Shown here piece after piece: positions 37,508-59,110 of a stretch of DNA of 64,000 nt (position 1 is the stretch's first letter; every line of letters starts with the position of its first letter). The notes beneath the pieces are model-generated. The model did no database searches, was not told the DNA's origin, and saw nothing but the letters and a program-made list of their open reading frames with translations. Both the position numbers and the translations under genes were made by a program. The stretch comes from Zygnema circumcarinatum SAG 698-1b (taxonomy: Eukaryota > Plantae > Zygnematophyceae): positions 372,001-436,000 of the forward strand of contig CM074814.1 of NCBI GenBank assembly GCA_037447605.1. Direction: 5' to 3'.

Positions 37508-40162
37508 ATGGCTGACCCTCTCCCCCTCCCTCTCCCTCTCCCTCTCCCTCTCTCTCTCCTTCGCCTCCCTTGGGCCCTCCTCCTCCTCCTCCTCTCTCTC
37601 CTCCCCTCCTCTCCCTCCCTCGCCTCCGCCCAGTCCCTCCTCAACTTCCCTCTCGCCTTCACCGGCGCCGACATCTACAACTTCACCTCCCGCTCCTACA
37701 CGAGCCGCGCGTTCCTTGTGGACCTCAACCGTCAGGCCGTTGTGGGCGACGGCAGCGACCCCGGCATAGAACCCCTCTCCGTCTCCACTGCCTGCGCCCT
37801 CTCCCCCTCCTCCGCCTTGGCTTACCTCACCAGCCTCAAGAAGTACGTCAGCGTGGTCCCTCTGACGTCATCCGGACCCTCTAGTGGCTACCCCCTTCCC
37901 ACCACTATAAACGCCGCCCTTGTCGACGTGTCCCCTTCTGGGAACACTCTCCTTATTGCCGACGCAGTCTATGGCGGCGGAGCCCTCCTTATGCCCTCTA
38001 TAGGAGGGACGAGCACTCCCATAGTGAGCTCTACCTCCTGCTCCGCCGCCTCCTTCTGTGGGAGTGCCTCCCTCCTTCTCGCCTGCTCCCGAGACAATAC
38101 AGTATGGACCATCTACTCCTTTTCCGTTTGGGAGAATTTCGTGTACCCTAATTCCGCTCTCTCCCTCAGTTTTGATGTCTCCTACAAGCCCCTTCAGCTG
38201 ACCTGCTCGCCTGCAGCAGCTTCAGGAGATTCAAGCGGAGGGGGGTTCATGGCGGCGCTTTCTGCTTCCGGGCAGCTTATTAGCTATCCATGGCCGCTCT
38301 CTTCCGTCCCTCTCAGCGTCTCGGCTATGTCTGTGGGAGCTTCACCGAATTCTTTCGCATTCGATAAAGTTAATAGTCAAATTTTGGTCACTGGAGGCAC
38401 CACAGATTTTACTCCGTACAGTCTTGTAGTTGACTTTATGCCGTACACGGAAGCTGGAGGAGCCGCAACACGGAACCCTAATTCAATCCGAACCGCCACC
38501 GAGTCTTCAGTTGGTGAGATACTGTACCTTTATCCCTTTGATCATTCTTTAACTTTAGTTAAATCCGTGTCTATCCATTTCAAAAGATCTTAGAAAATAC
38601 AGATGAAAGATGTCGATCGTCCACTTCATATCAATATCAATATTAATCTACTTCATGAAATGATTGTTTAATTAATCCTTTTACTTTCTCGGATTTGCCG
38701 TATGCAGGTGGGCAGATAATCGTGTACCAATCGCCAAACTTTGCCTACGTTGCGATTCCTGAAGGGATTGTGTACATTCCCTTGACAGACGATAGCCGAG
38801 GAAGCATCGTAACTCTCCCACTCGATTACACAGAAATAGGGCGATACCAACCCTACGCCCTCTGTTCTCAATCTTACATCGTGCCTCCCTCTCCCCCACC
38901 TCCCTCTCCTCCTTCCCCTCCTCCTCCTCGCCCTCCTCCTCGCCCTCCTCCACCATCTCCTCCTCCTCGCCCTCCTCCCCGCTCTCCCCCTCCCCGCTCT
39001 CCCCCTCCATTCCCTCCTTCTCCACGCCCTCCTCCTCGATCTCCTCCTCCTCCTCCTCAGTCTCCCCCTCCCTCCCCTCCTTCATTTCCTCCTTCATCCC
39101 CTCCCCCTTCCTCCCCCACTCTTCTTCCATCCCCTCCTCCCTTCCCTCCCCCACTTCCTCCCTCATCCCCTCCTCCAGTCCCTCCGCCATCTCCTCCCTC
39201 TCCTCCTCCCTCCCCTCCTTCTCTACCTCCCCCATCTCCTCCCTCTCCTCCTCCATCCCCTCCTTCACTCCCTCCCCCATCTCCTCCCTCTCCTCCTCCA
39301 TCCCCTCCTCCTTCCCCTCCCCCATCCCCTCCTCCTTCCCCTCCCCCATTTCCCCCCCCTCCCTCTCCCTCTCCTCCCTCCCCTCCTCCCCCATCTCCTC
39401 CACCTCCTTCCCCCCTGTTTTCCGTTCCTCCGGCCTCCCCACCACCACGCCCTCCTCCCCCTCCTCCAGGTATTCATCCTCACTACATTTCTGCGAACAC
39501 CTCTGACATAAGTCTATACATGGCCTGTACATGCTCCGTTAAGTTCATTTGCTTTAGAAACTCGCTAACCCCAGAAGCCATGTCTCATAACTCCAATTCC
39601 CAAAATCTTTCACTGCAGTTACCAGTCATCGTGTAACCCCTACCTTCATTCGATCCTCTTCGCTCCTTCACTCCCTCCTCTCCTCCCTCTCCCCTCCTGT
39701 CCTCCCCATCACTCCCTTCTCCTCCCTACCACTCCTCTCCTGCCCATTCGCCTCTCCTCCCCTCCCCCTCCCTCCTCCCCTCCCTCTCACTTCACCCTCT
39801 CCCCCCCTCTCCCACACTTCCTCCTCTCCTCCCTTCCTCCTTCCACTCACTCACTCACTCACTCCCTCCCTCCCTCCCCTCTCCCTCTCTCTCTCCTTCC
39901 CCCACCTGCAGAGTACTGCGGGCACCTCTTCCCGAACTATTTCTACTCCCCCCTGTCCACGTATTGGCGCAGCAGCAACACCATTGGCGTGTTCGTGCAG
40001 CCGCGCACCATTGCGGAGTGCATCGCAATGTGCAACAACGCGACGGGCTGCTTTGGGGTCTCGTACCGTTCCAAGGGCTGCTACCTCCGGACAGTACCCA
40101 ACGGGCCGGCATGGTATGATAGCACAATGGACGCGTACATACTCTGCCAATATATTCCTTAG
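37508..40162 (+). CDS. Secreted chimeric protein: beta-propeller-like domain + long extensin-like Ser-Pro stalk + PAN/Apple domain, copy B2
   Basis: Exons 37508-38513, 38708-39469, 39912-40162. Leu-rich signal peptide; about 195 aa of SPPP/RPPP repeats; PAN cysteine pattern AECIAMCNNATGCFGVSYRSKGCYL. Same intron positions as B1. Confidence 0.87.
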
Positions 40163-42935
40163 ATGATCTCTCTTTCTCTCTCTCTCTGTCTCACTCTCTC
40201 TCTCTCTCTCCCTCTCTCCCTCTCTCATTGTATCCTCTCCCTCGCTTTCTTCCTCTCGCTCTCCCTCCCTCTCCCTCTATTTTTCTCGTTCGCTGTCTCT
40301 CTCTCTCTCTCTCTCTCTCTTTATCTCACTCTCTGTCTGTCGCTCGTCTTTTATATTGGCAGTGGACAGAGATAGCCGTCCTTGTAGCTTTAGCTATAAG
40401 CTATGTTCGGCTACATAAATAATTTGATCATTAATTCTTTGAATTCGTTTGTAGAAGGGTCCTTTGGGAATAAAAGAACGCGTCTGGAAACCCAAGAAAG
40501 TTTCTATTTTCTTTTTTGCAAGTTCGGTACCGTCTGTAGAAGAAGGGAGAGATTAGGGTGAAAGATATGGAGTTTCAGGGGCAGTCAACTTGGAAGGCTG
40601 GGAGAAGACAGGGCCATAAGAAGCTTCCAATTCATTTCTTTTTTTATATTCATTGTAAGCAAATCTCTGATTCCGAGATTTCATTTATATTCATAATTCA
40701 ATTTTTAAGTTCAAACTTCAGTTAAATTCTGCTGAATGGGAGGAGGTATATTGCTGGAGTTCGCATACCTAAACTCACTTTCTCCTTCTCTCCTCTCACT
40801 CCTCCCTCGCCCCATCCTCCATCCTCTCTCCCTCTTTCTTCTTCCTCTCCTCTCTCTCACCCCTCTCCTCCCTTCTCTACTCTCTCCAGCCATGCATAAA
40901 AAGAAACCCTAATCATGCTTTCGTCCATGAGCGTCTCGTCTATGGCAGAAAAGATAATTAAACACAGCCAAAAAGTTCCTGCAGTTTGAAAATGACATAA
41001 AAATGGGGGGAAAAAACACGTTTATGATGTAACCAGACACCTTCTTCTTTACAAGTCTTCCATCACATCCCTTTATTGCTCGTCTCATTCACAAATTACA
41101 CATATGTGAGCTGCTGCAGACTTTCATTCCTCAGTCTACGAATCTCGCCCCATAGGCTCCCCTACTCCCCCTTTCCTCCTTCACCTCTAGAAAAAAAAAA
41201 ATATTCCTCAGCAGCATACCCCCCTCCCTTATCTTCCATCTAATTTACATCCCTCCCTTTTTTTTTCTTTCTTTCTTTCTTTCTTTCTCTGGCCTGAGCT
41301 TGCCTGACCATTCTCTCCATGTCACCTCACCCACAATTTAGGGTTTTACAGACGACCCATCTCCCCCAGGCTTTCCCACAACAAGAGGACTCTGCAGAGC
41401 CCCATCGCATCCGCCATGGCTATGGCCCCGCCTGCCCCGCATCATGCCGCCATGGCCATCGACCTCCTTCTCATGGCCATCGCCATGGCCATGGCCATGC
41501 TCCCCCCTCCTCATGTGAGCCCCATGGCATCTACGTCCCTTGCCTCCCTTCTCTCCCTCGCGCCCTGCCCCCTCCCGCACGTGTGAGGGGCTGCCATGGC
41601 GGCCTGCCTTCCTTACTTCGCCGTTCTCGCCATGCCCCCCATGGCCATGCTCATGGCCATGCTCATGCCCATGGCCATGCCTTCCCTGCATGCCCCCATG
41701 GCCCCCATGGCCCTCCACGTGGCGACTTCCCCGACTCCTGCGGTGCTCTCCTGTCGCCTGCGATGGCGGCGGTGTGGCGGCGGCGGCGGACTCCGTCATA
41801 GTTGGCAAATACATAATGACGCGTATGTGAATGTCTGAGTGTCTGAGCTTTGCACTGAACTTGGATGACGAGAAAAGCAATTCTACAGCTTGTGAACAGG
41901 CACTACGAGCTGGCTGAGAGAAATCTGCAAATGCGGTATTGGAGAATAGGCTGCAGCGCTCGTGCATTTATACCTTCATGACGGATTGCGTGATTGACGC
42001 GCCAGAAGGATGTTAACGCGGAAACTTAGGATCACGGCGGGCCCGTCTCGAAATAACGCGCACGCGAATCTTCTTATGTGCCGTACAAGTTTCCGCGTGT
42101 CCATCAGAGCACTGTGATTGGCCAGATAGTTCCATAGTACGTTTCTCAGGGGACGATAATACTGTAACGCGTTTTGGGATACCGTACACTTCACGGAATG
42201 GAACCGATCCGTTCTGTCACGTCACGCTGAAACAGGTTCCGTGTGGCTGACCGTTCGACAAAACAACGCAAGGGACGGCAGTTTAACGGAACGACTTTCG
42301 CGACCATTTAGTTAAGAGCATAGAACGGTCACCCCTCTCCCCCCTTTCTCTCGTTCCCTCTCTCTCAAACAAGCACAGGTTATTCTGTTGCAATGTAGAT
42401 ATCTGCAAGCCGCTCCTGCCGTGATGTACGAAGCAAGAGCGAGGGGCGGAGAGAGAGGGTGAGAGGGTGAGAGGGTGAGAGGGAAAAGGGAGAGGGAAGG
42501 GGTAGAGGGGGAGCGGGAGGGAGAGAGTGAGAGTGAGAGACGCCTAATGTGATACCCTTAAATATTGGAACCTTAAATTTCTGAGCCCTCTTTAGTGCTG
42601 CAGGTCACATTCTACATTCTTTTTTATAATAAATAGTTTAAAACCCGATAACTCAATCGAAGCACAGGTCCTTCGCTCACACCGCAAAACACAACCAGTA
42701 ATCTCCCACTATCTCAAAAAGCCCACATTCCCCTCTACCTCTACCACCTCCCCATTAGAGTCTCTGACTGAGAGTCTCTGACTGTCTGCCCCTCACATTA
42801 GAAGGCAGCCAATCACCACCCATAAATTTGGCAGCCGCCTCCTCTCCCTCCCTCTGCCAACATGCACCACACCAAACGATCATTCTATGCCGTTCGATCT
42901 GCCACGTGGCCGCCTGATCTCCTCCCATCCCTTCC

Positions 42936-45303
42936 TCAGGCTGTGCTCGGCCAAAAGCTCTCAAAGTCCCAACTCAATATCTCGTGCTGTCCTGTCACGC
43001 CCCCGGTCGCGGCGCTGAAGCCGACGTAAGCAGTCGTCAGCCCCGCACATGCGGCGCACGTGATTGGCCGCAAGACGCTGCAAAGCGCCGCCGAGTGCGT
43101 CAGCAACGGGTTCGTAGGTCTGATATCTCCTGTGTCGTCTAGGTACACACTCCATAGTTTCAAGGCGCCGTCGTACTCAATCCAAGCATATTTCACGGTG
43201 GTGAAATCATCGAGAAGAGTTGTGGTTTGAAGCTTGGCCGTTCTCTTAAAGTTTTCACGCACACCCACGAAAGGGCTCGCAGGCTCTCCAAGATAGATGT
43301 TTTGATAGGTATCGAAAGTAATAGCTGCACTCCCCACTGAGTTTTTTAACGTAGAGTTGTACGTGTATCCAAGATTTCCACCACTTGATCGTCCGAAATA
43401 ACCCAGCACTGCATTTGAAGTAAGAAGGAAAAATGTGAAACCATCGCCGGTCCTTGCATTGCTGCTGGAAATTTTAAAGGAGAACTTCGTCTTGAATGAA
43501 GCCTCTTGGCATCTCCCCGTTGCATTGTCTCGCAAAAGTTCGATTGGACTCTGATAGATTCCAATTCCAGTAAGTCTCTTCTCGTCTCTTGTTAGTTGCG
43601 ATCTCCACTCAATAATCTTTGCTGCATATCGACGAAGTATTTTACTTGAAGAAGTAAAGCTCGGGTAGGAAAAACTGGCTGGGGTGCTTGTTGCTAAACA
43701 CCACACAGAGAAAACGGTAAGACTTAAATCAACTTGCAGTGCAGGAAGAAGATTGGGTCTGCATAAAGTGCCATAGTTTTGCAAAAATAACGAGACCTGC
43801 AAGTACGCTTAACCACACTGATGCATCGCTAAAGGTTCGAGATAAAGAACAAACAAACTGTCCCAATTCTTTGGAAATTTTGGAAACCTCTCTCTCTTTT
43901 CGTCCCTTTCTTTCCTTTCGTTTTCTTCATCTTCCGCCCCTCTCTCCTCTACCTCTCCATCTCTCTCTCTCTCCTTCCCTCCCTCCCTCCCATCCCCACT
44001 CCCTCTGCATAATTGCCATTAGGCCGCACTTTGAGCATCCAACACATCCACATTCACAATTCACATTTAAGTACAAACGCTGCTTTTGCTTGCAAAGAAC
44101 AAGCTCCCCCATATCCGTTTTGACAGCAGGCAGGCACACAGAAACAATGGTGGGTTCAGCACGAATCGAACTCATAACCGGCATCAAGAAAACTCCCACC
44201 GACGACTTCCTGAATGCATCCCTCTGAAACAACCCAAAACATACCTAGAAATGCTCCATAAACCTTCACTTCGCACAGAGTGAGGTAAGTATAGGTTGGA
44301 AGGTACACCCAAACGTAGCGTCCCACAAGGTAGAAACAGCTCTTGACGAAGGGGAATCCATTGCTTGTAGAGCTGAACACGAAAACGTTAGTGGGGTCAC
44401 ACTCTGTGTTCCCTTCTCCATCCCACGCATCATTGTTGGGACCAATCCACACCTGCACTCCATTCATCCGTTCTTGAGCGATATCTGTTCTCCCATACAA
44501 CATAACAGTGTTCACCCTTGCACTATGACGGAGATCAACCTTCCACCAAATCGGTGGTTCTTTTACAGGGGTAGTGCTCGCGCATCTATCTTTCCCAGCA
44601 TCTGCTCTGCCATTGCCTCTGTAACCGTCCACTGCTCTATCAGCAGTCCAATCCCAAGCAGTGCTCGACAGAAATGCGGGCATATAGAGAGCCAAATTGT
44701 CTGCGATCTCCAGTTTGAACAATCACATACAAAAAACAGAAGCATATATGAGGTCATATCATGGTGAAACAGAATTGCAAAATTTCATCGACAAAAAATA
44801 AGATAATGACATTCTCATCCGAATACACAACCACTTCTGGACAAGAAATAGTCAGATTTGAAAAAAACAAAACAAACATCTTCATCCACCTCTTTGATTC
44901 TCAATCATCGTCATTGACCAAACATGAAAGTTGAAGCAGAAATTAATAAGGATAAACATGACTCGCCAGAACACCGACGAATGCACCCTTCAGAGTTCTT
45001 CAGGAGTGGGATAAGAGACTTAGATTTCAACTTGATAAGAGTCGTTCAAAAGGAAAAGACACCACTGAGGTGGAAGGTTTGAAGAAGAAGCTCGTATAGC
45101 GCGGCATGCATAGACCCTCTTTCGGAACATTGCATCTTCCCCCCATTGAATACATTGCTACGAACGAATTGTCCCCCCTCCTCTCACCTCCCTCTGGAGG
45201 AGGCGGCGGTGGGCTTGGAGGGGGAGGAGGAGCTAAAGGAGGGCTTGGAGGAAGAGGAGGAGAAGGAGGTGGGCGTGGCGGCGGGGGACGAAGTGCTGCA
45301 AAG

Positions 45304-45398
<95 letters not shown>

Positions 45399-46788
45399 CG
45401 AGAGAGAGAGAGGGAGAGGGAGAGGGAGAGGGAGAGGGAGAGGGAGAGGGCGAGGGAGAGGGAGAGGGAGAGGGAGAGGGAGAGGGAGAGGGAGAGGGAG
45501 AGGGAGAGGGAGAGGGAGAGGGAGAGGGAGAGGGAGAGGGAGAGGGAGAGGGAGAGGGAGAGGGAGAGGGAGAGAGAGGGAGAGGGAGAGGGAGAGAGAG
45601 GGAGAGGGAGAGGGAGAGGGAGAGGGAGAGGGAGAGGGAGAGGGAGAGGGAGAAGGAGAGGGAGAGGGAGAGAGAGGGAGAGGGAGAGAGAAGAACTAAG
45701 TACCAAGACGTGGCTTCTTTTCGTTTTAGAGTGTACTTGATCGACAATCCTTTGGTCAATGAAAAAAAGGCGCACGTATCTAAGTCATAACCGGCATCAA
45801 CGAAAGAAACAAACACGCAAAGAGGAGAACCTGAATGCATCCCTCTGAAACAATCCAACACATACCTACAAGTGTTCCATAAACGTTCACTTCGCATAGA
45901 GTGAGGTTAGTGTAGGCTTGAACGAACACCCAAACGTAGCGTCCAACTAGAGAGGAACACATCTTGATGAAGGGGAAGCCATTGTTTGTAGAATTGAACA
46001 CAAAAACATTAGTGGGGTCACACTCTGTGTTCCCTTCTCCATCCCACGCATCATTGTTGGGACCAATCCAAACCTGCACTCCATTCATCCGTTCTTGGGC
46101 GACATCTGTTCTCCCATACAATGCAACCCTGTCCACAACTGCACTGCGAAGCAGATCGACCTTCCACCACCTTCCATGATATGTACTTGCGCATGTATTT
46201 CCTCCTGCATTTGCTCTGCCATTGCCGTTGTAGCCATCCACTGCTCTATCAGCAGTCCAATCCGACCAAGTGTTCTCTTGACTTGCAGGCTTACGGAGGG
46301 CAAGATTGTCTGCAATCTCTTGTTGAAAAACAATTTCCTATTAGTAAAGGTATGCTTCCCAGTAATAAGTTGGCTCGGTGGCAGTTGAAAAAACTTTTCT
46401 TGTTTCACTCATGTGAGGAACAACTGGGGGAAGTACATTTCAAACATGATAAGCAGGCACGCATTGAATGTGATGCAATTGTAACGAATGTACAGAACCA
46501 ACCTTAGTTCATTACTGCCTTAATTCATTGTCTTCCTTTGCAGTAGCTCTCTTAGTCAATTTTTCTTGCTGACTCCGTCTCATTTTTCTGCCTCTCCCAT
46601 CTTTTCTCCTGATTCGTTTACGCCCATCACGCCATTTTTCCTCTCTCGTTGATTCTTTTCTTGGTTTATCTTCCCGGTTCTCTCTTTCTTATGTCGTTCT
46701 GATACCAACGATCTTTTCACATTTTTCCGTCGTTTCCATTGAATCACACCCTATCCATTTTTTCCTCATTTTAAACCTTAACCACTCG

Positions 46789-46824
<36 letters not shown>

Positions 46825-48294
46825 TCTCTCTCCCTTTCTTTTCCAAGCCTTAAATTACACCTTCCTCCTCTTTCCACCCTCCTCTCTTCTTTCCTCCCTG
46901 CTTTAGCTGATGTTTCTACATAGCGTAATCAGTAAGAAATTCCGTGGGGTGGACCTATATGGAGTCTAGTGCATTGCCCACCACTGTCTGAATTCAGATT
47001 CAGAGCTTCTCAAAAAAAAAGAAAGTTTGGAATCTCACGGTTTTCAATGTATCCGGGAATCTTGAAACACCACTTTCCAGGAATGTTCACGTTTGATTTG
47101 AGGGGCAGATCCTGTGCGCTGAAGTTTCTCAACAGCTCTACATAGTCGATAGCCATCCATTCATAAGTAACGAGATATCCGACTTCGTGGGAATCAATAT
47201 CTGCATAAGAGAGAGGGAGAGGGAGAGGGAGAGGGAGAGGGAGAGGGAGAGGGAGAGGGAGAGGGAGAGGGAGAGGAGAGGGAGAGGGAGAGGGAGAGGG
47301 AGAGGGAGAGGGAGAGGGAGAGGGAGAGGGGGAGGGAGAGGGAGAGGGAGAGGGAGAGGGAGAGGGAGAGGAGAGGAGAGGGAGAGGGAGAGGGAGAGGG
47401 AGAGGGAGAGGGAGAGGGAGAGGTAGAGGGAGAGGGAGAGAGAGAGAGGGAGGGAGAGAGAGAGAGTTGGAGAGAGAGAGAGCTCAGAGAGAGCCTTCGG
47501 CCCTTTATACCACGCTGGCATTCCTTCATTCACTCCCACTTTTCACATTCTTTTCTAGAACACGAGGAATCGCTATTTACATTACATTGTTAGACACTGT
47601 CTCCAGTTCAAATTCTTGTACTTCAAAAGTTACTTTTGAGACAGTAAAGCAGCAGAAAGACAACATAGAAAGTTGAGAAGGTAGCGGAAGTGTAAAGAGG
47701 GTAAAGGCAGCACACCCCATTCTAAGCCGTCCTCGGGGTAGAGGAAGCAAAAGTATGTCAGTAGCGATGAAATAGAAGAGGACCATGCGAGCCACACTTG
47801 AAATGTGCTGCAACAGAACATTGTATGCAATTGCAACAGTCTCTCTGTAAGAAATATTTTAAAAATAGACATATTTATAAGAGATCTTTGTAAGCATGTC
47901 CCCATGATGCTCACACATAAGGCAACACTCAAGTTCAAAAGTTAAAGTTAAGTTAAAGTTTCAGGTTCATGCTGCCACGAATGAGTTAGCAACCAAAGAA
48001 AAGAAGGCACAGGGGAGTTCTACCTTCCTGTTCTAACAAAGGGAGCTGTTTACTGTTTACTCACTTGTATTTGTTTCCCACATCAATGTAGGATTGAACA
48101 TCGATGTAGGATGCCACAAAGCCTGCATCGGGTTGAAAACTTTGAGCATGGGGGTCTGTTGGAAATGTTTCCTTCACATCTTGCGCGAGATAGGAGAGGT
48201 CCTCCGCTCTGGTCAGCGCCCTGTAATACACGTTGCCTCCTCTCCAAATGTCTGGGGGAGAGCATGTGAGGAAAGTTTGGGCACGGAGAAGAGA

Positions 48295-48361
<67 letters not shown>

Positions 48362-49455
48362 AAAATAGAGGGAGAGAGAAAGAGAGAGAGTGAGAGAAAG
48401 AGAGAGAGTGCGAGAGAGAGGGAGAAAAATAGAGGGAGAGAGAAAGAGAGAGAGAGAGGGAGAAAAATAGAGGGAGAGAGAAAGAGAGAGCGAGAGAAAG
48501 AGAGAGTGAGAGAAAGAGAGAAAGTGGGAGAGAGAGGGAGAAAAATAGAGGGAGAGACAAAGAGAGAGAGAGAGAGAGAATACACAGAGGAGTATGCTCA
48601 AGTACGGAGGGAAGGGAGAAAGTAGGAAAGTCACAAAGAAGGAAAATGAAAATAAGAGAAAGAGAGAGAAAGTTGAGCTGTTCGCAGAGGCAGGAGCAAC
48701 TCTGCACTTACCTATGTTTGAAGAGAATGGGGAGATTCTGGCATATCTGCCATATCCTGTACTGTCCCTGTATGCAAAATATCTCCGCTTTTGTTTAAGA
48801 GCACATAAATCATGCAAGTCCTCAGAAAACTTGAGGAACCATTTTTTTTTTTTTTTTTACGTTCGATATCAACGCTCTTTCCCTTTTGAAATATGATGAA
48901 GTCGATTCATCACAATTTACATCACTCGAAGGAATTTGGCATTTTCACATTGAAACCTTGTTTTTACACTTGGACAAAGCGACAAGTGGGAAGGAGGAAG
49001 GCGAGAGTGGAAGAAAGGGGGAGGGTGGAGAGAGAGAGAGAAAGACATACGATAAAATGAAGGAGAATGGAGAGACGGGGATGAAACGGAGTTGACGCAC
49101 GAGAATGAAGAGAGAGAGAGAGTGAGAGAGAGAGAGAGAGAAAGGAGAGAGAGAGGGAGAGCGAGAGAGAGGAGAAAGGGAGGGGGGAGGGAGAACGAAC
49201 TCACATGAAAAACAAGCTTCCCTGACTGCCCACAGAGATGGTTGAAAATGAGTTGTTGTAAAGGTCCACGGGCGATGGCAGAGGGAGGTACGGTGTGTCG
49301 CAGAACTGGCACACGGACATCGTGACGTCACCGCTCTCAGAGCCGTACGGGAACAGGTCCTCATCGGTGAGCGAAGCTGCGGGAGGAGGGAGGGAGAGGA
49401 GGGAGAGGAGGAGGGGGACGAGGGGAAGGAGCGAAAGGAAGAGTCGCGGCGACAT
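42936..49455 (-). CDS. Secreted mosaic lectin: signal peptide + NIDO + F-type lectin (FTP/F5-8C) + Pro-rich linker + F-type lectin + legume (L-type) lectin
   Basis: Signal peptide [24 protein letters not shown] motifs [46 protein letters not shown]. Two FTP exons (about 45867-46310 and 44246-44700: NLAL.....ADRAVDG...WWKVDL...LTLCEV.VYG). Pro exon 45188-45296. L-lectin exon 42936-43693 ([30 protein letters not shown]). Phase-1 introns join the modules in frame; one NIDO exon boundary was not fully resolved. Confidence 0.8.
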
Positions 49456-50135
49456 TGCTCCTAGGCACAACTCAAATTACAACTCTCCCTCCCTCTCTCT
49501 CTCTCCCTGTTTCTATCCTTCTCCCTCTCCCTCTCCCTCGCCCTCTCCCTCGCCCTCTGCCCTCTCCCTCGCCCTCTCCCTTTCCCTCCCTCTCCCGGAG
49601 TCGCTTAGACACTGCATGACAGCAGGGCAAGGCGAGCGGACGAGGGGGGTCCGTACAATCTTGCAGCGCCGAGTTGTAGAAAGTCAGCGCGGCCGAATCA
49701 GCAGGATCTCTGTACCGCCTCTGATTGGCGTGAGGGAAGGTATGGGGTGTTCAACTATCCATTACTGTGGTGCGTTTGTACCGTGCTTTTCTGCCACGTC
49801 AGATACAAATATAATTTCGTTCTGTGATTGGTCGACTTGATATTTGGGGTGTGTCTTAGAACATTTGCAGCCAAAAGAGACAAAACTGTGCGTACGCATA
49901 CGTCACCTGCTCGTACGCTTGTACCTTTTACAATGGCGGCCCTCCTCTTGCTGTTTCGTGTTCCACAGTTCCGTAAACCGCAAATCCTTAACGCTAATTT
50001 GAGAACTGTGAACTACGACTGAGACTGCAACTAAGACTGTCCAGCATAGAGAAGGAAGCCCTCCCTGCTTTATCCGGTTCCTCTTTTAGCCCTAATCTGA
50101 GGGTAGCCGCTCCCGGGCTCCCCCTCTCGCCCTCC

Positions 50136-58211
<8,076 letters not shown>

Positions 58212-59110
58212 AAATTTGAAATTTGGAGAAAAAGGGCCCCACCCAAATGGGAGTTTGTTTCGAGTCAAAAAGTGCCAATTGTGAGTTGTGAATAAAGCAT
58301 TCAAAGAAAGATATTTTGGATACTGCCCCCCCCCCTTCTTTTTCAGAAAGGGGGTGGGATATCCAAAATTGGGGGGGGGGTGCAGTATCATTCTCCTTAG
58401 AAAATTTATCATCATAGAACGGCTACTCTTGTTCGACGGGAACTAAAACGCATGGAACACACGAGCCATTCATTCAAAAGAAAAATGAGTTGACCTAGTT
58501 GTTGCTTTAACAAACCATGAACCAAAACTCAACCCATGGTTTTGTTTAACAAAACCGAACCCATGAACCCATCTAGGAAAGTGTGAAGTTTGTTTGCACA
58601 ATCAAAAGTAATCCCCATCCTAGAAGAGCAACTTTCTGCCAGCACTTTTTGCACGTGTGTATACGACTCCCCAGTGGCTGTCCCCGTGTCCAGCGTGGCA
58701 AATCGTGCGGCTGCCATTTGCAGTGCCTTATCCCTCGCGACAATTCAGCCGCTCGTTGGCCCCCGCCCTTCCCCTCCCTCCCTGCCACGTGGCAGATCCT
58801 GAGACACACAGGCAGCCCCCCATTTTAGGGTTGCTGGAGTAAGAACATTCCCTCCCTCTCTCCCTCTCGAGGCCTCTCTCTCTCTCTCTCTCTCCTCCCC
58901 ACATCTGCGTCGTACTCTTCAAGCAGAAAATTAGGGTTAGAGTGTTGGCAGGAACCCAACGAAAAAAAGATGATACATTTTCGACGTTCAAGCACTGCCT
59001 AAATTCTTAACTCCTTCAAATTTCTCTCCTCTCCCTCCCTCTCTCGCCCTCTCCCTCCCCCTCTCCTCTCTTTTTCCACCCCTGCGGGAGCGACGCGTGG
59101 AGCAGCAGTG

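Noticed and set aside
42755-42964. Possible downstream TM or kinase exons that would make the lectin gene a LecRK
   Set aside because: The L-lectin exon ends in a stop at 42936, and no kinase or TM motif was found downstream.
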